From an uncultured Solirubrobacterales bacterium (lineage in GTDB: Bacteria; Actinomycetota; Thermoleophilia; Solirubrobacterales; 70-9): a stretch of DNA of 64,000 nt. The stretch spans positions 306,743 through 370,742 of the forward strand of contig CAWBNH010000006.1 in assembly GCA_963790085.1 (NCBI GenBank), in the 5' to 3' direction. The notes below the pieces were generated by a model, which saw only the letters and a program-made list of their open reading frames with translations, did no database searches and was not told where the DNA came from. Each line of letters begins with the position of its first letter. Position 1 is the first letter of the stretch. Shown here in pieces: positions 51,885 to 60,667 of this stretch. The translations under genes were made by a program, and so were the position numbers.

Positions 51885-53185
51885 GCGGCGACAACGGCGA
51901 GCGCACGATCAGCGTCGGCGAGCTGGCCCGGGTCGAGGGTGAGGGGGCGCTCCACGTCCGGATTCGCGGCGACCGCGTCGAGGACGTGCGGCTCGAGATC
52001 TTCGAGCCGCCGCGATTCTTCGAGGCGCTGCTGCAGGGCCGACCCGCGGCGGACGCGCCGGACATCACCTCGCGGATCTGCGGGATCTGCCCGATCGCCT
52101 ACCAGGTGAGCGCCTGCGCGGCCGTCGAGGACGCGCTCGGGATCGAGATCGACGAGCGCGCTCGGGCGCTTCGGCGCCTGATCTACTGCGGCGAGTGGCT
52201 CGAGAGCCATTCCCTGCACGTCTTCATGCTGCACGCGCCCGACTTCCTCGGCTACGAGGGAGCGATCGAGATGGCCCGCGACGGGCACGAGCAGCTGTTC
52301 CAGCGCGGCCTCCTGATCAAGCGGGCGGGCAACGAGCTGATGGCATTGGTCGGCGGGCGATCGGTCCACCCCGTCAACCTGCGCGTCGGTGGGTTTCACC
52401 GCTCGCTCCGAGCCGAGGAGCTGCGAGGGGTCACCGAGACCCTGCGCCGCGCCCGCGACGAGCTGGTCGAGGCCGTTGCCTGGGCCGGCGGGCTGCCGTT
52501 CCCCGACCGCGAGTTGGAGACCGAGTACGCGTCGCTGCGAACCGAGGACGACTACCCGATGGAGCGGGGCGAGCTCTACTCCAGCGCCGGCGATCCGATC
52601 GGCCCCGATCGCTTCGAGGACGACTACCTCGAGTCCCACGTGAGCCACTCGACCGCCCTGCACTCGAGGCACCGGGAACGCGGCAACTACATCGTCGGCC
52701 CGATCGCCCGCTACAGCCTCAACTTCGACCTGCTGCCGGCGCCGATCGCCGATGCCGCCCGCTCGGCAGGCCTCGGGCCGATCTGCCGCAATCCGTTCCA
52801 GAGCATCGTCGTCCGCTGCGTCGAGATGCTCTACGCCGCCGACGAGGCGCTACGCCTGATCGACGCCTACGAGCCACCGCCCCCGGCCCCGCCGCTGGAG
52901 CCGCGAGTCGCGGCGGGAAGCGGCTGGAGCGAGGCCCCCCGGGGCATGCTCTGGCATCGATACGAGCTCGACGCCGACGGGCGGATCAGCAAGGCGCGGA
53001 TCGTCCCGCCGACCTCCCAGAACCAGGCCGCGATCGAGGACGATCTCAGCGGCCTCGTGCAGGCCAGCCTCGACCTGCCGGACGACGATCTGCAGTGGCG
53101 CTGCGAGCAGGCGGTCCGCAACTACGACCCCTGCATCTCCTGCTCGACCCACTTCCTGCGAATGGAGATCGACCGGCGTGACTGA
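51881..53185 (+). CDS. hyhL: [NiFe] hydrogenase large (alpha) subunit
   Basis: The ATG at 51881 forms an ATGA overlap. The N-terminal Ni-ligand motif is 'RICGIC'. The C-terminal 'DPCISCSTH' is followed by a 10-aa extension, '[10 protein letters not shown]'. Confidence 0.9.
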   Translation: MSGDNGERTISVGELARVEGEGALHVRIRGDRVEDVRLEIFEPPRFFEALLQGRPAADAPDITSRICGICPIAYQVSACAAVEDALGIEIDERARALRRLIYCGEWLESHSLHVFMLHAPDFLGYEGAIEMARDGHEQLFQRGLLIKRAGNELMALVGGRSVHPVNLRVGGFHRSLRAEELRGVTETLRRARDELVEAVAWAGGLPFPDRELETEYASLRTEDDYPMERGELYSSAGDPIGPDRFEDDYLESHVSHSTALHSRHRERGNYIVGPIARYSLNFDLLPAPIADAARSAGLGPICRNPFQSIVVRCVEMLYAADEALRLIDAYEPPPPAPPLEPRVAAGSGWSEAPRGMLWHRYELDADGRISKARIVPPTSQNQAAIEDDLSGLVQASLDLPDDDLQWRCEQAVRNYDPCISCSTHFLRMEIDRRD

Positions 53186-53666
53186 GCCGCAGATGATCAT
53201 CGGGCTCGGCAACGAGATGCGGGGCGACGACGGCGCCGGCCTCCGCGTCGTCGATCTGCTCACCGATCGCGGGTTCGATGCGACCCGCTTCGACGGCGAG
53301 CCGATCTCCCTGCTCGATCTCTGGCCGGGGTCCGATCGGGTCCTGGTGATCGACGCGGTCTCGGGCTCGAGGCCGGGCAGGATAAGCCGCCTGCTGCCGA
53401 GCGCAGACGACCTACCCGTCGTGCTCGCCCCGGGCTCCTCGCACCTGGTCGGGCTCGCCGAGGTGATCGAGCTGGGATCGCAGCTCGACCTGCTGCCCGC
53501 CCGGCTCGAGCTGATCGGAATCGAGGGCACCGAGTTCGCCCTCGGCCGGCCGCTCTCGGCGGCCGTCGAGGCGGCCTGCGAGACGGTGGCGGCAACGATC
53601 ATCGCCGAGCTCGAGTTAGCGGGTCCGCCGGGCGCAGCGGCGGGGGTCGGCGCGCGGGGTACCACG
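53178..53666 (+). CDS. hydrogenase maturation endopeptidase (HoxW/HycI family) with no in-frame stop, reading into ppdK
   Basis: The GTG at 53178 overlaps the hyhL end by 8 nt. '[20 protein letters not shown]', 'VLVIDAV' and 'GSSHLVGL' are present. The frame stays open through 53667 into ORF 53178..56360. Confidence 0.75.
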
Positions 53667-56360
53667 ATGACGGCCGATCGCCCGACGCGCTGGGTCCACG
53701 CCTTCTCGTCGGGCGACGGCTCGATGGGCAGCCTGCTGGGCAACAAGGGAGCGAACCTGGCGGAGATGGTCCGGGTCCTGGGGCCCGAGATGGTGCCGGG
53801 CGGCTTCATCGTCAACACCGCAGCCTGCGTCGAGTACATGCGGACCGGGACCGTGCCCGACGGTCTCGACCAGCAGATCGATGCCGAGCTCGCGGAGCTC
53901 GAACGCGCCTCCGGAAAGGGCTTCGGCGACCCCTCCGACCCGCTGCTGCTCTCGGTTCGATCCGGCGCGCCGGTGTCGATGCCGGGAATGCTCGACACGA
54001 TCCTCAACCTCGGCCTTAACCGGCTCAGCCTCGCCGGCCTCGCGGAGATCAGCGGCGAGCCCCGATTCGCGCTCGACTCCCGCCGGCGGCTCGTCCAGAT
54101 GTTCGGCGAAGTCGTCCGCGGCGTTCCGGCGGACGCCTTCGAGCGGGCGCTGACGGAGGCCCGCGAGCGGGCCGGGGTCGCCGTTGACAGCGAGCTCAGC
54201 GCCGAGGCGCTCGAGGGGCTGATCGAGGAGTTCCTCGGGCTGGTCGCCGACGCGACCGGCGATCCCTTCCCCGAGGACCCCCGGGAGCAGCTGCGGGAGG
54301 CGCTGATCGCGGTCTTCGACTCGTGGCGGAACGAGCGAGCGGTCACCTACCGGAGGCTGAACGGGATCCCCGACGAGCTCGGGACCGCGGTCGTCGTGCA
54401 GCGGATGGTCTTCGGGAACCTCAGCTCGGGCTCGGGCTCGGGGGTCGCCTTCAGCCGCAATCCGACCACCGGCGAGGCCGTTCCGGACGGCGACTACCTC
54501 GACGGGGCCCAGGGCGAGGACGTGGTCGCGGGCGTGCGGAACACCGAGGACCTCGGGGGGGTGAGGCGGCGGATGCCGGAGATCCACGCCGAGCTGCTCG
54601 CGAGCCTGGCGAAGCTCGAGCGCCACTTCGAGAACATCCAGGACATCGAGTTCACGATCGAGCGGGGCCACCTCTTCATCCTGCAGACCCGCAACGCGAA
54701 GCGCCACGCCCGGGCCGCGGTGCGGTTCGCGGTCGACTCGGTCGAAGAGGGCCTGCTCGACCGCGCGGGCGCGCTGCAGACGATCGATCCGGCCGCGCTC
54801 GAAGCGCTGATGCACCCGTCGATCGCGCCGGGGAGCGAGTACCAGGAGATCGCTCACGGGGTCGGCGCCTCCCCGGGCGCCGCGCGCGGGGCGATCGCCT
54901 TCACCGCGGAGCAGGCGATCGCGAAGGCCGCCGAGGGCGTCGACACGATCCTCGTCCGGACCTTCACGTCGGCCGACGACGTCGGCGGCTTCAACGCGGC
55001 ACGCGGCATCGTCACCTCGCATGGGGGCAAGTCGTCGCATGCCGCGATCGTCGCCCGCGCGATGGGCCGGCCCTGCGTCTGTGGCGCTGCCGAGCTCGAG
55101 ATCGACGCCGAAGCCGGGGTGGTCCGGGCCGGCGGGCTCGAGCTGGCGGCGGGGGCCGAGATCACGATCGACGGCACCTCCGGAGCGATCACGGCCGATG
55201 AGGTCCCCCTGCTCACCCCCGAGCTGGATCCCGCCTTCGCGACGGTGCTCGAATGGAGCGATTCGATCCGCCGGCTCGAGGTCCGGGCGAATGCCGATAC
55301 CGCCGCCGACGCGGCCCAGGCGCGTCAGCTCGGCGCCCAGGGGATCGGGCTCTGCAGGACCGAGCACATGTTCTTCGGAGACGGACGCGAGGCCCTGGTC
55401 CGCGAGATGTTCATCGCCGGCGAGCTCTGGCGACGGGAGCGCACGCCCGCGAGCAGGCAGCGCTTCGTCGATGCGCTCGCACGCCTCGAAGGGCTCCAGC
55501 GCGACGACTTCGCGGAGCTGTTCGGCGAGATGCGCGGCCTGCCGGTGACGATCCGCCTGCTCGACCCGCCGATGCACGAGTTCCTCGACCTGAACGCGCT
55601 CGAGCGTGACCTCGCCGACGCCCGGGCCGCGGGCGAGGAGGCGGTCGCGCTCGCGAGCGAGGGGCTCGAGGTCGCCACCGCGGCGCTGGAGACGAACCCG
55701 ATGCTCGGATCACGAGGGGTGCGGCTCGGTCTGCTGCTGCCGGAGCTGTACGGGATGCAGGTGCGGGCGATCGTCGACGCGGCCGCCGCCGTCGGCGCCG
55801 ACGGCGAGCCTCCCGAGGTCGAGATCATGGTCCCGCTGGTCGCGTTCGCAAGCGAGTTCGAGGAGATGCGGGCCCGAATCGAGGAGATCGTCGCATCCGA
55901 GGCCGAGGCCGAGGTCGGGCGATCGGCGCCGAGCTACGCGATCGGCACGATGATCGAGCTCCCACGCGCCTGCTTGACGGCCGGCGCGATATCGGCCCAC
56001 GCCGACTTCCTCAGCTTCGGCACGAACGACCTCACGCAGACGGCTCTCGGCTTCTCCCGCGACGACGCGGAGCGCGAGTTGATCCCGCTGTACCTGGAGC
56101 GCGGCCTGCTGCCCCGGAGCCCGTTCGAGAGCCTCGATGTCGAGGGTGTCGGCGAGCTGGTCAGGCTCGCCGCCGATCGCGGCAGGGCGAGCCGGCCCGA
56201 GTTGCGGCTCGGGGTCTGCGGCGAGCACGGCGGCGATCCCGCGAGCATCGCCTTCTTCGATGCGATCGGCCTCGACTACGTCAGCTGCTCGCCGTTTCGG
56301 ATCCCGATCGCGAGGGTCGCCGCCGCGCAGGCCGCGGTCGGCGCCGAGAGCGAGCGGTGA
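53667..56360 (+). CDS. ppdK: pyruvate, phosphate dikinase
   Basis: The ATG at 53667 gives 897 aa. 'LLGNKGANLAEM' is present. The phospho-His is in 'TSHGGKSSHAAIVARAMG'. 'GIGLCRTEHMFF' and 'FLSFGTNDLTQ' are also present. Confidence 0.9.
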   Translation: MTADRPTRWVHAFSSGDGSMGSLLGNKGANLAEMVRVLGPEMVPGGFIVNTAACVEYMRTGTVPDGLDQQIDAELAELERASGKGFGDPSDPLLLSVRSGAPVSMPGMLDTILNLGLNRLSLAGLAEISGEPRFALDSRRRLVQMFGEVVRGVPADAFERALTEARERAGVAVDSELSAEALEGLIEEFLGLVADATGDPFPEDPREQLREALIAVFDSWRNERAVTYRRLNGIPDELGTAVVVQRMVFGNLSSGSGSGVAFSRNPTTGEAVPDGDYLDGAQGEDVVAGVRNTEDLGGVRRRMPEIHAELLASLAKLERHFENIQDIEFTIERGHLFILQTRNAKRHARAAVRFAVDSVEEGLLDRAGALQTIDPAALEALMHPSIAPGSEYQEIAHGVGASPGAARGAIAFTAEQAIAKAAEGVDTILVRTFTSADDVGGFNAARGIVTSHGGKSSHAAIVARAMGRPCVCGAAELEIDAEAGVVRAGGLELAAGAEITIDGTSGAITADEVPLLTPELDPAFATVLEWSDSIRRLEVRANADTAADAAQARQLGAQGIGLCRTEHMFFGDGREALVREMFIAGELWRRERTPASRQRFVDALARLEGLQRDDFAELFGEMRGLPVTIRLLDPPMHEFLDLNALERDLADARAAGEEAVALASEGLEVATAALETNPMLGSRGVRLGLLLPELYGMQVRAIVDAAAAVGADGEPPEVEIMVPLVAFASEFEEMRARIEEIVASEAEAEVGRSAPSYAIGTMIELPRACLTAGAISAHADFLSFGTNDLTQTALGFSRDDAERELIPLYLERGLLPRSPFESLDVEGVGELVRLAADRGRASRPELRLGVCGEHGGDPASIAFFDAIGLDYVSCSPFRIPIARVAAAQAAVGAESER

Positions 56361-56451
56361 CGCCGGCGGACGCCTCCGTTGTTTCTACTGCCGCTCCCCC
56401 GTGCTCAGCGCGGAGGCCCCGCAAGCGGTTATCCCATAGCGTCATGACCTC

Positions 56452-57942
56452 GTGGAGCAGCCGGCCGAGAGACTGACCGCCCTCGACGCGACCTTCCTCG
56501 AGCTCGAGGAAGCCGACGAGTGCGCACACATGCACATCGGTGCGGTGATCCTGCTCGAGCCGCGACCGGGCGGCGGCGCTCCGCCGCTGGGCCTGATCCG
56601 CAGCGAGATCGTCGCCCGCCTCGATCGCCTTCCCCGCTACCGGCAGCGGCTCTCGAGCCCGAGGACCGGCGGGCTCAACTGGCCGGAGTGGGAGACGGAC
56701 GAGGACTTCGACATCGCCCACCACGTGCGGGCCGAGGGGCTGCCGGCGCCGGCCGGGACGGACGAGCTTCGCGAATGGGCGGGCGAGTACTTCTCGATCA
56801 GGCTCGACCGTTACCGCCCGCTCTGGGAGCTGGTCGTGCTCGAGCTCGGCGACGGCCGTTGGGCGATGGCCAGCAAGACCCACCACTGCCTGGTCGACGG
56901 AGTCGGCTCGGTCGACGCGGCGAAGGCGATACTCGACACCGAGCGAGCCCCCGAGAATGGGGGCGGCGGCCGCTCGGAGCCGCGGGCCGATCAGGACGGC
57001 AGCGGCGCCTCGGAGGAGGGGCGTTCGGCGGGGCTCGACGTCGGCGCCGTGGCGCGGCTGCCGCTGCGGGTGGCCGGCGGAGCGATGCGGGCCGCATCGA
57101 CGGCGCTCGGCACGGCCGCGTCAACTCTGGAGCGGGTGACGGACCCCCATCAGCTCGCCGAGACGATGCGGCGGTCGAAGGCGATGGTCGAGCTGCTCTT
57201 CCGTGACGAGGTCGTGGCCGCCCCCTCGGTCAGCCTCAACGGGCCGATCGGGGCGCATCGTCGGCTCGCCGTGATCGAGGTCCCGCTCGAGAAGCTGAAG
57301 GGGATCAGGGCCGGCCTCGGTGGCACCGTCAACGACGCCGTATTGGCTGCCGCCACAGGCGGCCTGCGGGCGTTGCTGATCGAGCGCGATGAGAGCCTTC
57401 CCGAGCAGGGTCTGCGGGCGATGGTCCCGGTCAACATCCGCCCGGCGGCCGACCGCCTCGCTCTCGGGAACAGGATCACGACGCTCTACGTCCACCTCCC
57501 GGTCGCCGTCGAGGAGCCGGCCGAGCGCTACCGGAGGCAACTCGAAGAGGCGGAGGGCCTGAAGTCCTCCGACCAGGGGATCGGGGCCCGCGCGCTGATC
57601 GACCTGACCGCGATGGCGCCCCCAGTGATCCACAGCTTCCTCGCTCGCTCGCTGTTCGCGACGCGGCTGTTCAACGTCACGATCACCAACGTGCCCGGAC
57701 CACAGATGCCGCTCTACGCGATGGGCTCGGAGGTGGAGGAGATCTGGCCCCTGGTCCCGCTCGCCGCCGAGCACGCCATCGGGCTCGCCGTGCTCAGCTA
57801 CAACGGGTCCGTCTTCTTCTGCATCAACGCCGACCACGACTCGGTGCCGGACCTCGCGGTCCTGCGCGACGCGATCGAGGCGGAGGTCGACTCGCTCGCC
57901 GAGCTGGCTCAGGCGAGCATGTCGCTGAGCAAGTCGACGTAG
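56452..57942 (+). CDS. wax ester synthase/diacylglycerol acyltransferase (WS/DGAT, triacylglycerol synthase)
   Basis: The N-terminus is 'LTALDATFLELEE'. The catalytic motif 'HHCLVDGVGS' fits HHxxxDG. 'NVPGPQ' is present. Confidence 0.9.
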   Translation: MEQPAERLTALDATFLELEEADECAHMHIGAVILLEPRPGGGAPPLGLIRSEIVARLDRLPRYRQRLSSPRTGGLNWPEWETDEDFDIAHHVRAEGLPAPAGTDELREWAGEYFSIRLDRYRPLWELVVLELGDGRWAMASKTHHCLVDGVGSVDAAKAILDTERAPENGGGGRSEPRADQDGSGASEEGRSAGLDVGAVARLPLRVAGGAMRAASTALGTAASTLERVTDPHQLAETMRRSKAMVELLFRDEVVAAPSVSLNGPIGAHRRLAVIEVPLEKLKGIRAGLGGTVNDAVLAAATGGLRALLIERDESLPEQGLRAMVPVNIRPAADRLALGNRITTLYVHLPVAVEEPAERYRRQLEEAEGLKSSDQGIGARALIDLTAMAPPVIHSFLARSLFATRLFNVTITNVPGPQMPLYAMGSEVEEIWPLVPLAAEHAIGLAVLSYNGSVFFCINADHDSVPDLAVLRDAIEAEVDSLAELAQASMSLSKST

Positions 57943-59318
57943 GCGATCAGGTGCCGGGTGCCCAGGTAGCGGTCCCGAACGCGCTCGTGCCCGGCGGCGC
58001 CCATCAGCTCGACCAGCGATCGGTCCCCGAGCAGCTCGGCCGCGGCGCGACCGAACGCGTCGAGGTCGGCCGGGTCCTCGATCAGGCGTCCGGTGACGCC
58101 GTCGATGATCTGCTCCTGTAGGCCGCCGACGGCGCCGGCGATCACGGGCTTCGACTTCCACATGGCCTCTGTCGCGGTCAGGCCGAAGCCCTCGGCGAGG
58201 CTCTTCTGAGCGACCACCGTCGAGCGGCGCTGGATCGCGTTGACCATCGCCGCGTTCTCGGCGACGTCGTCCATCGGCAGGCTGACCAGATGCACTCGCC
58301 GCCGGTCCTCGTCGCCCAGGGCCTCGCGGGCGGCGACCACCTCCCGGTAGACCTCCGCCCCCTCCGGGTCGTCCGCGACGCCGTCGGCGATCGGCCCGAC
58401 GAGCAGCAGATGGGCGCCGGGATCATCGACGTGCTCCGCGAAGCCCTCGAGCACGCCGACCGGGTCCTTGAGCCGGTCCCAGCGAGAGACCTGGGTCAGG
58501 ACCCGGGCGTCCTTGGGGAGCGGCTCATCCTGGACGATCAGCGCCCGCCGGTCAACCCGGGCCACGCTTCCGTCGAGCCGGCGAAAGACCGCCGCGTCGC
58601 CGCTGTCGGGGGAGAGACCGATCCGGTCGAGAATCGAGGCCACCGCCATCGGGGGCAGCTCCTCGTTCTTCGGGGAGAAGGCATCGATCGACGGGTGAAT
58701 CACTGCCACCTTGGCCGGGTCGAGGCCCTCCCAGGCGTAGTCGGCGCGGGAGAACACGTACTTGTGGGCCGGCTCGATCAGCGGCCGCAGCAACGACCAG
58801 GCGTCACGAACCGTCGCGTTCGGATCGTCCGCCCCGATGTGGCAGCGCCAGATCACGATCACGCCCGTCTCGACCATCCGCTCGGTCATCCCAGCCGTCT
58901 GGGGGTCATGCAGGTAGACGATGTCGCCGGGCCTGACGAGGCCGGCCAGGGCCTCGGCGTTCTCCTCGCAGACGCTCATGTATTCGCGACGATCCGCCTC
59001 CGTGATCCCTTCCTGCTCGCTGTCGATCCCGTGCAGCCGATTGTGGAGGCCCTTGGTGATCCTGAAGAACTCGGCGTTGCCGCCCATCACGCTCCAGCGG
59101 ACATCGACCCCGGCGCCGCGGGCGTAGGCGAGGAGCGAGTGCAGCAGCTCGGCGACACCGCCTCCGGCCGCGGTCGAGTTGATGTGCCAGATGGCCCTGC
59201 CCTCCAGCAGTGTCCGCGCCCGCCCGATCGCCTCCTCGACGACGTCGTAGCCGTCGCCGAGCACCACGCGGAACCGCTCAGGGGGCATCGGCGCGATCGG
59301 AACGGATTCGAGCGCCAT
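57909..59318 (-). CDS. GT4-family glycosyltransferase, trehalose-synthase (TreT)-like
   Basis: The N-terminal region is 'WHINSTAAGGGVAELLHSLLAYARGAGVDVRW'. The GT-B C-terminal motif is 'SLAEGFGLTATEAMWKSKPVIA'. The TreT assignment rests on resemblance only. Confidence 0.65.
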   Translation of the reverse strand: MALESVPIAPMPPERFRVVLGDGYDVVEEAIGRARTLLEGRAIWHINSTAAGGGVAELLHSLLAYARGAGVDVRWSVMGGNAEFFRITKGLHNRLHGIDSEQEGITEADRREYMSVCEENAEALAGLVRPGDIVYLHDPQTAGMTERMVETGVIVIWRCHIGADDPNATVRDAWSLLRPLIEPAHKYVFSRADYAWEGLDPAKVAVIHPSIDAFSPKNEELPPMAVASILDRIGLSPDSGDAAVFRRLDGSVARVDRRALIVQDEPLPKDARVLTQVSRWDRLKDPVGVLEGFAEHVDDPGAHLLLVGPIADGVADDPEGAEVYREVVAAREALGDEDRRRVHLVSLPMDDVAENAAMVNAIQRRSTVVAQKSLAEGFGLTATEAMWKSKPVIAGAVGGLQEQIIDGVTGRLIEDPADLDAFGRAAAELLGDRSLVELMGAAGHERVRDRYLGTRHLIAYVDLLSDMLA

Positions 59319-59342
59319 CGGAGTCGAGGGGGACGCGCCCCC

Positions 59343-60569
59343 TCAGCCCCCCTCGGGCGGCTCGTGGGCGCCGGAGCTCATCGGCTCGGCGTGCCATTCG
59401 TGGGGCAGTGAAACCTCGACGTCGATCGAGCGGGCGGGGGGCTCGGGCTGTAGGGCGAGCGACTCCTCGGCCAGCCATGGGGCCAGATACCGCCCACTGA
59501 CCTTGTGCGGCGGCCACCACAGATAGTCGCTGGAGACCGTGCCCTCGCCACTGCCGCCGCTCACCTCCGAGCGCATGTGGACGCTCTCCCCACCGGTCAA
59601 GAGCTTGCCCCGCAGGACCGGCCGGAAGGGTTGGGGATCGACGGCGGCGCCGAGCTCGAGGGCGATCTGCTCGGCGCAGGCATCGGCCTGCTGGGTGGCG
59701 ATCCCGCCCTGCTTGATCGGGAAGCCGGTGCCGTCACCGGCCGCAAAGACGCCGTCCAGGCCTCGCACGCGACAGTGCTCATCGATCGGAATGAAACCAT
59801 GCTCGTCGGCGGGGAGCCCCTCGATCCGCCTTCCCTCCATCACCGGCAGCGCCACCGCCGGCCCGCCCAGGTCGGGATTCCTGCCGGTCGCGTGCAGGAT
59901 CCCGTCGTCCGCCTCCGTCACCCAGGTGTCGGGGCAGAAGCCGATGCCGCGCAGCTCGAGTAGCTCCGCCACCTCGGCGGCCGCCTGGGTCCCGAAGACG
60001 ATCAACGGAGCCTGCTCTGGGGTGATCACCATCAGCTCGATGCCACGCTCGCCTAGCTCGCGCAGGCGTCGCGCCGTCATCAGCGCGAACTCGTAGAGCG
60101 GCAGCGGCCAGGTGACGCCCGGCGGGACGATCAGGTTGAGCCTGCCGCTGTCGGGGACGCCGGCGAGGATCTGCTCGATCGTCTCCGGCGCCGACTCCGA
60201 CCAGAGCGTGTGAGCCGACGGCAGCGCCGGGAGCATCCGCGCACCGACCGCGATCAGCGCCTGCCCGAAGGGCAGCTCGCCACCCTCGGCGAGGCCGATC
60301 CGGCGCGCATCGGCGTCGACCGAATCCACTGCGGACTGCACGAACGACGCTCCGAGCGACTCCGCGATGGCGGGAAGCGACCGGCGATCGGCCGGCTCGG
60401 GCGAGAACGGCTCCCTGACCAGCAACGGCCGGTAGGTGAACTCATCGCCGGGCGCGACGAGCGTCACCTCGGCCTGACCGTCGGTCAAGTCCTTGATCGC
60501 AAGCAGGCCCTCGAGCGCCGCGATTCCGCCACCGGCGATCACGACCCGCTGCGCAGCTGCCTCGACCAC
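59343..60569 (-). CDS. FAD-dependent pyridine-nucleotide-disulfide-oxidoreductase-fold flavoprotein (SQR/NDH-2-like)
   Basis: The Rossmann motif is 'RVVIAGGGIAALEG'. The second dinucleotide motif is 'VFAAGDGTG'. It lies 25 nt upstream of the GT4 gene on the same strand. Confidence 0.7.
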   Translation of the reverse strand: MVEAAAQRVVIAGGGIAALEGLLAIKDLTDGQAEVTLVAPGDEFTYRPLLVREPFSPEPADRRSLPAIAESLGASFVQSAVDSVDADARRIGLAEGGELPFGQALIAVGARMLPALPSAHTLWSESAPETIEQILAGVPDSGRLNLIVPPGVTWPLPLYEFALMTARRLRELGERGIELMVITPEQAPLIVFGTQAAAEVAELLELRGIGFCPDTWVTEADDGILHATGRNPDLGGPAVALPVMEGRRIEGLPADEHGFIPIDEHCRVRGLDGVFAAGDGTGFPIKQGGIATQQADACAEQIALELGAAVDPQPFRPVLRGKLLTGGESVHMRSEVSGGSGEGTVSSDYLWWPPHKVSGRYLAPWLAEESLALQPEPPARSIDVEVSLPHEWHAEPMSSGAHEPPEGG

Positions 60570-60667
60570 GGATACGACCCTACCGACCGCCGCGGGGGGA
60601 AGGCAAGCGAACGGCGCCCCGGCCGCTGCGGGCAGCTTCTCAGGCGTCTCATCTATAGGCTTGCGCC

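Noticed and set aside
52850-54346. A 498-aa minus-strand ORF spanning the hyhL end, the protease and the ppdK start. The 630-aa ORF 60653..62545 antisense to the EF-G paralog is similar.
   Set aside because: Both are Ser/Arg/Pro-rich antisense shadows opposite genes with strong family motifs.
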